In this document: piece after piece, positions 34,340 through 48,071 of the stretch | Numbering within the stretch: the first letter of the stretch is position 1 | Layout: every line of letters starts with the position of its first letter | NCBI GenBank assembly: GCA_002633005.1 | Contig: NMRA01000126.1 | Coordinates: forward strand, 78,979 to 142,978 | Length of the DNA: 64,000 nt | From: Phoronis australis | Lineage: Eukaryota > Animalia > Phoronida | Direction of reading: 5' to 3' | Translations under genes and position numbers: made by a program | Notes under the pieces: generated by a model | What the model saw: only the letters and a program-made list of their open reading frames with translations | What the model was told of the DNA's origin: nothing | Database searches by the model: none

Positions 34340-37300
34340 CTAAGATATGGATGGAGATGATGGGTTGGGGTTAGTGGGGGAGATGTCAGATTCAGGCGTG
34401 GTCGTCTCACTCCCAGGGTAGTACATCTGTTTGAAGCGTGGCCGTTCTGGACTGAAGGTGGAAGAAAATCCCTGCAAACAGAGGAAAGTCTTTTTGGTCA
34501 TACTTCACAAAGGAAAAGACAGAGGGCTTGAATAGGCAAAGACAAATGTCTTTTTCAAAAACACCAAAACACTTCAAATATGACTGGCGAGCACTCTTTT
34601 AAACGCATTTGTTATTTTTTTACATTGTTTCGGTGAGCAATAAGCTTCAGTAGATCGTTGTAATTTGTGATCATTTGAACTTACTATCTTTTGAAAATGA
34701 CAGTCTACTTGAAAAGCAAATCTGAATGCTTTGAAAATGGGCTCAGAGATAATGCCAGGAGAAAAATCACAACATATTAACACAATGCTTTTAAAGTCTC
34801 AATCATACACGTACACACACACTACAAACATAAATTAATCAGACGTTATTTTAGTATTGAACCTATTACCATAAATACTCACAACGATGTGTACAGTCTT
34901 ACAAAGTAAAGCTGAAATGACAAAAAAACATCCACAACACCTCCCTCAAGAGGGACTTACCCCATCGTCACTCAAACCAGGAAGAAGATCTTCTGTGTCA
35001 GGGGTGGCCTCTGTTGGATGAAATACAAACAACATGGTCCAGATGGGCATGACATACTTCACCAGCTGAAAACACATGTGCCATTATAGATATATCACAA
35101 TAGCTCTAATGGTATTTACAGCTTGTGGTAGTTCTTCAACACAAAATGAAAGTTGGTGATATTTCTTAATAATAAATAAACTATAAGCCAAACATTCTGA
35201 AATGCTGTCCTGATAATTTGTAAAATTAAAAAACTGTCATTTCTGGCAACTCCTTCCATTCAAAATGGTTGAAGAATTCGCATGGTATAACGATGTTAAT
35301 ATCATAGTTGAAGGGCATGTCTTATTTGTACAAACACGCAGAGGTATCTACTGAAATTATTGAAATACTTGGTGTGTTTCATCACAGACAACACATAGCT
35401 ACACTGAAATACTTCACTGTCTCAGAACATTTAGGCTTGTGGTCTAATCTCTGAAATTGACTCAAAAATTGACCACTTGCATGGCACTCTTCAAGTTAAC
35501 TTAAATTATTGTATTCGAATCATAGAGCCTGGGCTCACATTTCGATCGACAAATGTATACAGATTAGATATTGTTATTGCTTTTGTTGGCTGTGGTTATT
35601 GACGTACAATGGTGGTACCTAACAAATCATTTTCCATCATGGTAGATTTGATAGAGCAGGCTATTGCTGCTACATTTTGTAATGACATGAAATATGATTT
35701 ATATTGAGGAACAGCACTGCCGTGACCGCAACAAGTGGTAAACCACGGCGTGACATTCTATTAATTCAGTTGGACTCCTCAACCTCTGAACCTCAGTGCA
35801 AGCAAATATGCTGGAGATTAGCACAGCTGTGCATAACTATTTTACGTACTCGAAATAATCTTGGGAGACACTACCTGTCAAAAATCCAGCTAAAATAAAA
35901 ACTGAACCCAGATCAAACTCATGTCGCTGAATTAACCAATGCAGTACCAAGGCCAGTATTCATGCCGGACACCAGAAACTCAAAACTACAGTTTGTGACC
36001 TATTCATTCACAAAAGTCAACAGGTCAAGTACATACCATGAAAGCACCATATATGGGCGAGTACAGTTCTTGTCTGTTGAACTGCAAAACAAACGAGACT
36101 GCTTTAGTACAAGAAAAATTCCTTGAACATGATAAACCCAATTATTAAACTTATAACGTATTCTTTGAAAAATCATTAAAGTTAGTCCTCGGTGACACTC
36201 AATTCATCACCTCAATAGTACAGAATGTAAGCTGACAATTTGAGATCTATTCAGCATCTGAAAATGAACCATTACTTACAAATATTTTGCTGCACCCTTC
36301 TTCCTCGTCCCCCACTGAAAGACAAGATTAAATACATTGTGAACAACACTAACAACAAATCTAATGTTGGAATGAATGCCATCTATTGCTTCCCTAATAT
36401 GCACTTGTGATTAAAAACGTCCTAAATAGTTCCTAGCTAGGTTGTCTGCCTGTAAAGCCTACATTCTGATTTTTCATATAGGACTTCGTAAACTATATTA
36501 ATGAAATATAACACGAATCGGAATGTCGTTTACCATAACAAGAGAGTGTAAACCGTGGTTCAAAAATCACATACCAGCAAGTCGTTTACGAAACATTGGA
36601 GTGTTCAGACAGGGCTTAACTCTAGCCTTTATGCTAATAAACCAATCACACTAAACTATCTCATTATCACTTCCTGCACCAGAAAAACATGGTCAACTAT
36701 AGACCTCAACCCTTTATGATACTGTGACCGGGAGACCACACTCCTGTAACCCCAAAGAAGAGTCCAGACTGGTGTCTCCTAAGACTGCTGATGGCTAACT
36801 AACATATCATACTGTACTTTTAAGTATGGCACTTCACATTCTTATATCTTACGTTTTCATAGTAACTATGAAACATCCAGCACATAAGGTAAGATATACT
36901 TACAAACTTTCATAGTTATATCATACACGAGTCCTGCGAGTGCTGATAATTCAAACACCACGATAACACTGCAAGAAAAAAGCTCTTGGTTAAACTGGGC
37001 CCCACTTACAGTTTAACATTCTGAAATTGCTCCCTGATTACAAGTGATTTCTAGGCTTAAGAACAATAAAGTCACAATGCTTTCTTAAGTGATTGTGCAA
37101 ATCAACCTCTGTTAAGTGAAACACCAGAAAAGAGTCACAAGACATGTGCACAACACTGTCTTGTATTCCTACACAGAACATTCAAATGTCTATTGAGTTT
37201 CAAAACTCACCTCCAGAGGTCTCTCTTTTGTGCGCGTCTCACTGACTGTAGTGTGCTGATTTCATTGAGTCTCCTGGTGATGTAAAACCCGGCGATCATG

Positions 37301-40300
37301 AACAACTGGACGATTACAAACTCTGCTGCCGACAGCATGAGAAACTGGGTTTCTACAGAATGAAAGCAACAGGGAACGTCAACAGTTCAGCGATTTTTAT
37401 AATTATGACAAAACTTTCATGGCAAAATGATGAGGAATACCATAAATAAAAAGCTGCAAAAATCAAACAAAATTGAAAACGAATGAAAGGCGAGTGATCA
37501 GCGAATACAAAGAAAATAAGGAAATGAAAATAAGGTGACTGCAAATCAGAAATAGCAAGCCTCATTTTTAAAACTCACAAGGAAAATCAGGGCTCTCACT
37601 CACGTGAGTGGACAGGTGTCAGTGACCTCTCACCACCAATTCCCCCCCCCCCNTACCCCCCCCCCACCCCCATCACCCCTCATCGGTTCTGACTAAAGAA
37701 GGCCAAAACTGAAAACCAACGTTCTGCGCTCGTTTCAAACTTTCGCCAGAGGTCATGACATGGAACTCAGGTGTCCAAGAGTGTGAATCAACTGTGCCAT
37801 CTCAATCCCTAGGACTAGCGATAAATCCAATGTAAGGGGAGTGATGATCAAGTTGAGATAGATCAGAGTTTTGCTAACGGGAAAGCAACATTATACACTA
37901 TTTAGAAGGAGCAGACCATAGGGATGTTTTTTCTTGAAAATGATTTAGCCTACCTAGTAGGGGTGTCATATAATGAACTGTTCTTAACACTATCTGATCA
38001 CCCCTACAATTGAAATAAACTATGCTAGATTCTGTTCTCCACACCAAGGCTGTAAACACTGGTAAGGCATGACTGAGAAGTGAGGATTTCCGCAGTCAAT
38101 AAAACCTTCTCAAGCAGAGGGTCTGTGAGAGTTAAAAGTCAGGCTCTAACATTTAGGGAATTTTTTTTAATCAATGGAGGGGAAATTTTGACTTGCTGAG
38201 GGTGATTTCATACTCATTTTTAAAACCTTTTTCAGAGGAGAATGGAGCCAATATTCCGCCTCAAATCAAAGCATTGAGGGCCCTAAAATGCCTGCACTTA
38301 TATTAACACCACACACTTTGATAACGAGCTCTAAACACAATCACAACCTTCGCGTACAAATTATACAAGTTAGATGTTGAATCTAGTCTTAAAAGTGATT
38401 ACCGAAGTCCAATCAGTTCACTTTGCAATCATGTACAATTAGGTACCCTACTTTCAATGCAGCTATATGCGGCTTGAATAGTAACAAAAAGCTCAAATAT
38501 TCACAATATCTTCTTCAAAACTTTATTCCAAAAGATGGTCGATCAAATGTCTGTATTGTTCACCCAAACATGAGTGTGTCAGTCCTGTCACACTACAGCG
38601 ACAACTCACAGTTACTTACGAAGACAGGCAGCCTTCCATGTTGGTCTGACATAAACAACACCTATCACCGTGACGATGGTGAAATAGACAAGACAAATTC
38701 CCAGGATCGGAATCAAAACTCTGTAACAGAGAAAACAAAACACAATTTGAGCCAGCCACAACTATGAAACTAGAAGACAGTAGTTTTTCAAATAGATTTG
38801 CAGTGTCATGTGGACACATATTTATAACACAACTTCAAACATTTGTAGCAAAGAAAAATTCTCAATTGCATGATTTGACAATTCAAAGTAAGGTGAAAAA
38901 TTTAGGGCAACATTAAAAACAAGAGCAACGCAAAACGTTGATATTATATATATATATGCCCACGACTGTTCTGCAAACCATATACTTCTACCAGTGCTTA
39001 TGGCAACTTGGTGAAGCAGAATATGTCGAACCCTTCCAAAAATGGGTGTTGTCATCTGCCTAATAGAAACCTATTTGCCACATTTTATGAAAATGCATCC
39101 AGGATAGAAAACACGCAGTTGGATCTGCCTCAATGAAGTTATCATCTGGTGATATCACATTCTTAGAATAGAGTTCTAACTAACAGATTCTAAGCCAAAT
39201 TTCATGAAAATCTCTTAAGGAACTCTGACGACAGAGGCAAACATAAAAACCTAAAATTAATTGCCACTAGAGAGCGTAGCAAAAGCAGATCTCCCGAAAG
39301 TCGCTGTAATCTGTTGCAACATTCACAGAAAAACATTGGCCAAATTTTACAAAGATCCTGCAAGGGGTTCAGCCATGGATGCAAAAAATGCCACCAGGGG
39401 CATCACAGTAGTCAGCCCCATCTGAAAATCGTCAGTCGTGGTTTTCTTAGCGATCACATCTGCCAGTCATAATTATCCTTCAAGCACTTTAGAACATAGA
39501 AAGGTGGATGCCAATGCAGACTCATAAATAATAAAAATGGCCACTAAGAGGTGCAGAATACATCAAATCCATCGGAAAATGGAAGGGCCTTGCCGTCCCC
39601 TTATATAGAAACATATTTGCTAAACATGGATGTAGGAATTCCTAAGATACAGATGCAAAAGTAACATACTAAAGTTGTGACTAGGCGACACAGTGGTAGT
39701 AAGATACATTTGAAAGTCATCGCTATCCATTCGTTGTCAACTCCAGACCAACACAACTGTCACTTTTCATGAAGATTCTCCAGGAGGTTTTGGAGATACA
39801 GCAGCAGATGCTGGATGCCAGAACAGAGATGATGGCAATATGCAATGACATATTAGGTATATGAGGGCATTTTAAGCGTTAACAAATGTTCGCACTGCAT
39901 TCAGATATTGTCAAATTTGTTCACCCACAAAAGCTACTTTTGACTCAAAATCTGTGCTCACATAAATGTCCATGAACAGTGATCACAAAAGATCATGCTT
40001 GGAAGCCATGAAAAACTAGTGGACATCCGGCCAACAAAGAATTTCTCAATTCATATTTTCCTCAACATTTTCGACTGAAAAAACCCCAAAAATCAGGTCT
40101 CTCACCACACAGAAGTAGTCTCTCTCACCTATTGGTCAGTTTCTCCCGCCGTATAGCTCGAGTGGCCAGTGTCCAGTAGAAGTGACAACAGACTAGGAAC
40201 TGTAAAAGCTTCAGCCACTGAGTAACAAAGTCAAATTGTGGGTATTTGCCCAGAATCCAGTGGACAGCACTGAAAAAGATAACATCAGCATTTTCAACAT

Positions 40301-41375
40301 AGGTCAAGGAAAACTTCAACAACTGAGGACAGTCTGTATTGCAAACCCCTCTTCACTTACCACAGTAACACATTCCACTGCAGCCCTAGTAAAGCCTCAG
40401 TTCACTCTTTTACAATAGTAACCACTCTATAGTAAATGCCAAGCCTTGCCCACTTACCCCACAATACATTCCAGTGTAGCACCGTAGAATATCACAAACT
40501 GGTGAAGTGTAGGATGTTTGCGTATGTGTAGTTTAACCAGCTTTGCCACACACATGATGCCGGTGATGGTGATGAGAGCAGCAATAACACCATTCCTAGA
40601 GAAGTAACAAGCAGGCGTAAAGTTTTTATTTGTCTAAGAAACAACAGATGCCTTGTTTACAATTCCAAACGTTTTATTACACAAAAAAGATGAAATGTAA
40701 CTGTAGTCAACAACATAGAATTGCATAATTATTAATTATTTGTCTGTTCCCCAACCTGTTACGTCAAATCTGAAGATGTTAAGTTAGCGAAGGATGTAGC
40801 TTTTGGTTAACGACTTCATAGGCAACAAAAGTGAAAACAAAGTCGTACAAAACTTCGTCTTCACAGATATACAATAATTAGAATCTATATAAAGTCATAC
40901 TGAAAATTTTAGAAATGGCCAAACTATGACACTTTTGCAATTTGAAAAGTTTTAGAAATGATCAAATGGTGACACTTAAGTGATTGATTACTGACAATAC
41001 ACACTTGTTGAGGTTATCTAATGACAAGGCAATATCGAACATTTTATCTAATGTAGGCTATTTTTTGAAAATGATGAAACATGCAGGATTACACCTCAGA
41101 AAACCTTACTTTTAATAAGTAAGACCCGCCCAGTCTAGCTAGCGAAGTGCCTTAAACCAAAATTACATATGGTAGTTTATTCAGCCATTTGTACACTACC
41201 TGACACAAGCGATGGTGTCAAAGCTCTCGGAGAAGCAGCCTGCAACTGTTATGTCAATACTTCTATTCCCATGTCCTGTTCTATTCCTGTCGTAAGATGG
41301 TAGAAGATTGTACATGTCCATGGTGGTTGTTGTGGAGATGGGTTGGTCGTTAAAAGGTCTGTTGACATACCTCAT
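34340..41375 (-). CDS. Uncharacterised 7-transmembrane protein, 359 aa, 10 coding exons (GPR137/TOM1-THH1-like architecture)
   Basis: Exons 41375-41200, 40595-40458, 40269-40129, 38720-38620, 37352-37211, 36968-36904, 36314-36280, 36081-36037, 35065-34961, 34471-34340. All introns GT-AG, all phases match, 1080 nt ending in TAG. Seven hydrophobic segments, N-terminal NRT/NRS sequons, Ser/Thr/Pro-rich tail. Confidence 0.9.
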
Positions 41376-44300
41376 GATGCAGCAAGTAACTTACATTATT
41401 CTGGAAAATGCAGAACTAGTTTTTACCACACTCAGTAAAACTATCACAAAACAACATTATGGCGTGATGCCACCACACAGCAAACTGAAACATTTCACAA
41501 GAGAAACACACAGAAAAGATCAGAAATCTACCTCAACCCCAATGAGGACTGTAAACAAACTGTTGAACTGGTTTCCAAGAAATGTCTGAGGAACAGAATA
41601 ATTATTTCACTTTCAGTTTCCAAACGATAGGGCTGCAAAGTATGGAACTATTAAAGGGGTAATATACCTGTGGATTCTGTCAACAACCAACTCTAGATTA
41701 TTTTACACAGTACAATAGCATCATCTTGGTCCTTCATATGAATGACTAGAAACAATGCCCTGTCACTGTTTGCTAAAGACCATGCCCATTAGTTGTCAAC
41801 TCCCAGTTTCAATTACCAAGGCAGTATAGCCGCCACTGAATTCTAGATGACCTGTTGCAGCCAATTTCAACTCAAACAAAGCGTAATAATGTGATGACAT
41901 TGATTTGGAAAGACAGTACAGTGACTTTAAAACGCCTTCACTCAAGCATTAATTTATTGCCATCAAATTTTCTAGCAACTTCTAAAAACTAACACATTCC
42001 CAGCCACCAATGCAACATCATTACTCAAGTGCTAAATTCAAAGTTGTAATTCTGTATCTGGGTAAGGAGAATTGTTTATCGTTAGCTGACAGTTTGAGCG
42101 AAACTGCTAATATGTACTGTATAAGACGAAAGGTAAAAATCAATGAAATAACTATAAGGAAACATGCAGCATTAAGTGGGCTACAATTCTTGCACATGTG
42201 TCACAACTCCATAAGAAACAGACTTCAGTTTCCACAAGTCATTTGAGCTTAGCAAAGTAATCTCCATGCAAACACAGAACATAATGTAGGTTCTAAAGGC
42301 TACTGAACCAATAAATGTCACCAAAACCTGAGAACCAGGATTTCCACAATCTGGACCTGGTTAGATACAGAGGTCAACGACCTATCCACACTTAAATCCT
42401 AGGAGAAAACATGACCTCTGCAAACCAGACTCCAGGATGACTCTGAGTCTGAATCTAAACATTAACATAACAATTTGAGAAAGTCTTCTCACACAGATAT
42501 CCAAATAAAACATTTGAACAGAGTCCACAAACCTGTTTTAAATACAAGCATGTTTTTCAGACAGGTCATTTGTGAGCACTCAAGCTACTAAATCATGAAT
42601 CTTATCCAGATGATACATGCATTTCTTATGTACAGAAAGTAAAAAGAGAACCTAACAAAGCTAAGAGATATGGCATGATTCAGTTCATGTTTTACTAATT
42701 CATATAATCCAAGCCTTGGATATCTAACCTTAATTGATGACGTCTTACACTTTCCTGCTCAAAAAATAAGAGAGAAACAAAATCAGATTACAAATAAATA
42801 AAAGTCTTCAACATTAGCACTCACTTGAATAAATGAAGGCTTTTGGTTTTTGACACTCAAGAGAGGAAGACACGTGCACTGATGCACACACAAACTTTTT
42901 AGAGAGGAAACCAGATTAGTGTTCTAATCTGGACCTAAATACAGACTGTGGGAACTAGAAGTGAAGATACAAAATCACATTAATCTGACAGCGAACTAAG
43001 GATTTAAACCTCTCATAGATTATAGGCGAATTATATATTAGTATCTTGGCACAGGTCCAGTTGCAAGCATGCAGTCTCCCAAAAGTCCTAGCAAACATAT
43101 GGATGGCATGGGCCTAACTGGAAAATCTGTGCAGTTCTTATAAACTTGTTGCACCAGGGCACCACGATAACATCAGAAGCTGACAATAAACAGCTATATT
43201 GTTCCCTCACCATTTTCTTGAAGCTTCATAAATCTGTGGCTTCTATCAATTTTTTGATTTAGACCATTTACAGGCTTCAATAATAAATGAAAAGGTTCTG
43301 AAGAGCGACATCTAACACAATCGACAGAAAAAGTGAGTACAAAGACGAAGACGTAGATGACAACACAGAGGATGACCTCCAACCACAATATCGCTGCAAA
43401 CACTGTCAACAATTAACATCGACTATGCTGCCAGAAACACTGACAACAGCACAGATGAAGACAACAAAACTGCCTTCAACACTGATGCACTGAAAATAAT
43501 TAAGAATCCGCAGATAGTGATGATGTCACTAACATTAAATCACTTCCAAAACCAACAACTCGAAAAAGGTACAGAAACACACAATGGATAGCAACTGATA
43601 TGTTCACCTACCACTGAAGTTTCAGAACGATTCGTCAAGGGACAGTGGAGTTAGAGTTCCAAAATAAACAAAAAATAGCTGCTGTCACAGCACTATCTCG
43701 CATCTGATTTCAAGTAAAAACAGTTAATTAAGGTATGAGCGAGATCGAGATATGTCATGTGTAAAATTCATGTCAATCATGTAGCTTGCAAACAATGATG
43801 AACTTTGTTGATTTTCATTTCTTGAAATTTTCCATAAAAAAGGTCAAAATCTGAAAGAGTGGAAGAATTGTTTGAGATTAGTAGAGTATTAACTTAAAGA
43901 ATTCATATACCAATTTTTGCAATGTTTGTTCAATCCATTCAGAAGGCACACTCAGGTCAAATGTAAAATACAAAATGGCAGCCGCAGGCGTCACATTGAA
44001 TTTAAATTTCCCATGAAATATCAACAACTTTGTACACTCACCAAAGAAAAAACACATCCAAATGCACGTATTGCGACCTCTGTTGAAGAAAATAGTTTGG
44101 GCAAGAATTGAGGTACTTCGATTAAAAGGTCATTGTATCCACCATATCGGAATGGAAGGAGTTGAAACTTCACCCATCGGTAGACCATGTGCTGATGCTG
44201 ATTACGAGCACAGTATGATGAGAAATGTGGGTTTTAGATGCGGTCAGGTGCAATTTTTAAAACAGAATGGCCACAATGTGTTCGTCATCTTGAGTCTGAT

Positions 44301-44750
44301 TATGATGACAAACAACATGCCTCAAACACTTTACGAGATACTGTATGTTGAAATCAAAAATACTACAGAACAAATCTCTACAAGAGGGTGTTTCTTTTGT
44401 GGAATTTTCCAACACCAGTTTCCCTTTCCGTGGACCACTTTCTTAATTATAGGGGCATCTTCATTTTCCAGTTGTGCACCTCAGTCAAATACAGGGATTA
44501 GCACAAACACATAAAATCCAGCACACTGTCTGCTATATACTTTGGAACATTAACATCAGCCTACAAATCCAATACAGAATGTTTTTTCACCATCAACCTA
44601 TGTGTGCAAGACAGAATTACAGACATTCCACACCATCTCAGACAGACAGTTGCACTACTAAATTATGACCAACACACCCAAACCTATGATCAAACCACAG
44701 CAATTATACCCAAGCCCACCTTATACACACATATGCACAACTTATGGTTA

Positions 44751-45219
44751 AGGATCTTAATAAATGACCTCAACTCTAAGTCAAATATCGAAAAAACTAC
44801 ACTTTGTCAACCATTATAAGGATATATTTTCTGAAAGGAGAAAGGTCGAGGATTCTAAAAATATGCTTCTTACTACTGTGAATTTATTATTGTCACGTGA
44901 TCACGTTTTTCAAGTCAAATTCTCATGTGCAAGAAAGGTACATTCATATTAAAATAAACACCCAGCCGATTTCACTAAAACTTTTTTAAATGAAAATTGG
45001 CTGGGAGGTTATTTTGCTATCAATGTTCCTTTCTTCCACATGAAAATTTAAATTAAAAAATATGCTCACCTGACAATAATAAAGAAATGTGCAGTAAGAA
45101 GAACATTTTTTGAATCCTTGATTTTTCTCCTTTCAGAAAATATATATACTTCTAATGGCTGACAAAGCATAGTTTTTTTCGATATCTGACTCAGAGTTGA
45201 GGTCATTTATTAAGGTCCT
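44751..45219. mobile_element. ~470-bp fully palindromic MITE (possibly Kolobok-like)
   Basis: aggatcttaataaatgacctcaactctaagtcaaatatcgaaaaaacta... matches the reverse complement of ...tcgatatctgactcagagttgaggtcatttattaaggtcct. Symmetry continues to a centre at ~44982. Confidence 0.85.
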
Positions 45220-47607
45220 CTATAAACTTAAGCTCTCCAGTATTCACTCTGGGTTCAGTCCATGGATCAATGAGTTTGGGTCAAACGAGCACACTTGGCT
45301 CTGGTCTGTACCTCGACTCACCTTGAAACCTGTGCCTCACTACTTTTAAGGATAAAGAGCCCATTGCGCCAATCCAACAACGGTTTCAAATTTGTTCTTT
45401 TTCAAAAAAGCACACAAGGTTTTACATATAGCTTGACAAACCAGGTCAACATGGCTTATGTATTGACTCGCCTGTTGAGTACTATCTACCTTTAAATATT
45501 TGTTCCAGAAGCCGTATAATCAAGCATCATCTTACATATATATGAAGCTGGTGCACATGTTCTTAAAATACCAGCAAACTGTACATATACCAGTGATACA
45601 AAGTGAAATTCATGCAGAGCCCCATACTCTGTACACAAGTCAAGAGAGTTCATAAGCTGGAAAATCAATACCGCATGTGGATCTGACCATACTAAAGTTT
45701 GTATGACAAATCTGATGAGTCAACTTACAATATGAAAAGACCACAAAAACACTGACTGGATGAGATGCACAATCCTTGTGTTTGATGTACTACACAGAAC
45801 TGCTTCTCACACACAAAAAAAAAAACGCTTTAAATAGTAGGTCTGTATTTACTCCTAACTCATACTTTGTTGTAACGTTTGAGGTCACTGTAACAATTCC
45901 TTTGAGTAATTTCATCACAATAATTCCAAGCAAACAAGACGGCCCCGATCTACTCAGGCTGCTGATAAGTCACAAAAATGATGACCAGTAACTTAGCAAT
46001 GAAAGCTGGCCCCCTCCAGTAAGGGTACCAAATGGTCCCCTCTAATTGCCTTTTACTGATAAATCTATTACACGTTTGCCCATTAAAGCTGTATTTGCAC
46101 GCTCCTAACTATGCTAATGTATAGCAGGAACTAAACAAAAATGCTATTTGAACATCATCTACGCTAAACTAAGTGCAGTTGTACTCATTGACAACTTGTT
46201 AATGTGAAAACAAAAAATTCTGCAAATAGGTGACCTTTGCAATGACGTACCTTGGGGACTCACCTCATGCATGATACTAACTGGACAAGGTTGAATGATT
46301 TACTGCCCATCATTTTCAACACAAAATTTGGTCTTAAACACATTTGGCAATTTCCAGCCTACTTGATATTCACATAATCGCTATATGTTGTGTTTCTAAC
46401 TAATATGACCAAGCAATCACAGTGATAAGGAATTAGCATGCAATGTCCACTTTAACATCAACTCCTATACATGTACACCATACTGATGATGGTTCTTAGT
46501 AAATGCACACTACTGACGGAAACCTTATGCTACATACTGTACATTTGTTCTTGCCCTACAGAAGAAAAATAAAACTGAAAAAAGAAAAGTGTTTTCAATA
46601 CATAAGTAATGACATCAATCAGGTTTGCCAATTCACGGGACTTTCAAATAAGGAAATCAGCAACTTGACTGTATTTTCAGTTTACATGAAGCTGCTGCGC
46701 CCTGGAGGCCGAAACGATTTCAAAATGAGAGCGATCATTCACCAGAACACAAGTTCTAATCATTTTACTTAGACATTTTCCGTGCTCCAGTATGGTTTAA
46801 GTGGAGGACTCCATAATCATACTTTGCACTTGATGACCCCAGCATTAACGCTGTAATTTTGACTTGAAGTTTCAAGTTTGAAGGTCCAGTTCAAAGGAAA
46901 TATAGATGATACACTCGTTTGCATTTCTTTATAAATGGGTGGTGTTATTAGCCAAGGTTGCTATGCCGTGTGGGTATTTATGCGAGATACCCACATTTCT
47001 TCACCAATACTATTTTCTTTACCGTGGAATAACCGTGTCACATGACCATGCTATAACCTCTTGGATTATTGCATGGGTGTATCAAGACGAACATGATATA
47101 CCTTATAATACACTCAAGCAGAGAATAATAGATTTATAATATCTTGAATTTGTAATCAAACGGGAATGGAAAACATCAAAAATATTTTCATATTTAATTT
47201 CGAGTAAAAGTATTAAGACCCAGAGCCCATGTGGTGCTAATGAATGTGGCTTACCAATTTAACACTTAAACAGACGAGCAGAAAGCAGTTGATCATCATG
47301 ATGGCGTCTGTGGGTTAGCGGTCCCACGTGACTACCTCAGTACCTGTATGCATGCATTTCTAATGATGGGACCAGTGCTGCACCACAGCAAGCACAATCT
47401 AGCAAATATCCAGTCGCCTATTGTATTCATTCAATTTAAACTGCAACTTGAAATCCAGCCTTAGTTGTTTCTAGGAACTGCCGTGGTGCTAACAGCAAGG
47501 AACTTTCTATCACTGCCTATTCAAGTTCAGCTAAACCTCAACCCTAATTGGTTAGGAAGGACCATGAAAAATGTCCAAGAGATGTGGTTTACTTCCTAAG
47601 GGTAATA

Positions 47608-48071
47608 CTGTATCTCTATACTGTATCTCTATACTGGATCTCTACACTGGATCTCTACACTGTATCTCTACACTGGATCTCTACACTGTATCTCTACACT
47701 GGATCTCTACACTGTATCTCTACACTGTATCCCTACACTGTATCCCTACACTGTATCCCTACACTGTATCTCTACACTGTATCCCTACACTGTATCTCTA
47801 CACTGTATCTCTACACTGTATCTCTACACTGTATCCCTACACTGTATCTCTAAACTGTATCTCTACACTGGATCTCTACACTGTATCTCTACACTGTATC
47901 TCTACACTGTATCTCTACACTGGATCTCTACACTGTATCCCTACACTGTATCTCTAAACTGTATCTCTACACTGTATCTCTACACTGTATCTCTACACTG
48001 GATCTCTACACTGGATATCTACACTGTATCTCTAAACTGTACCTCTATACTGTATCTCTATACTGTATCTC
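47608..48071 (+). repeat. 13-bp minisatellite (CTGTATCTCTACA), ~35 copies
   Basis: Tandem units with variants ctggatctctaca, ctgtatccctaca and ctgtatctctaaa; explains the periodic ORFs at 47548 and 47571. Confidence 0.97.

Noticed and set aside
43330-43495. Acidic CxxC peptide (DEDVDDNTEDDLQPQYRCKHCQ) on the + strand
   Set aside because: Short, bounded by stops, no upstream start codon or exon context.
47548-47957. Repetitive Cys/His/Tyr-rich ORFs (LYLYTVSLHCIST)n
   Set aside because: Translation artefact of the 13-bp minisatellite.
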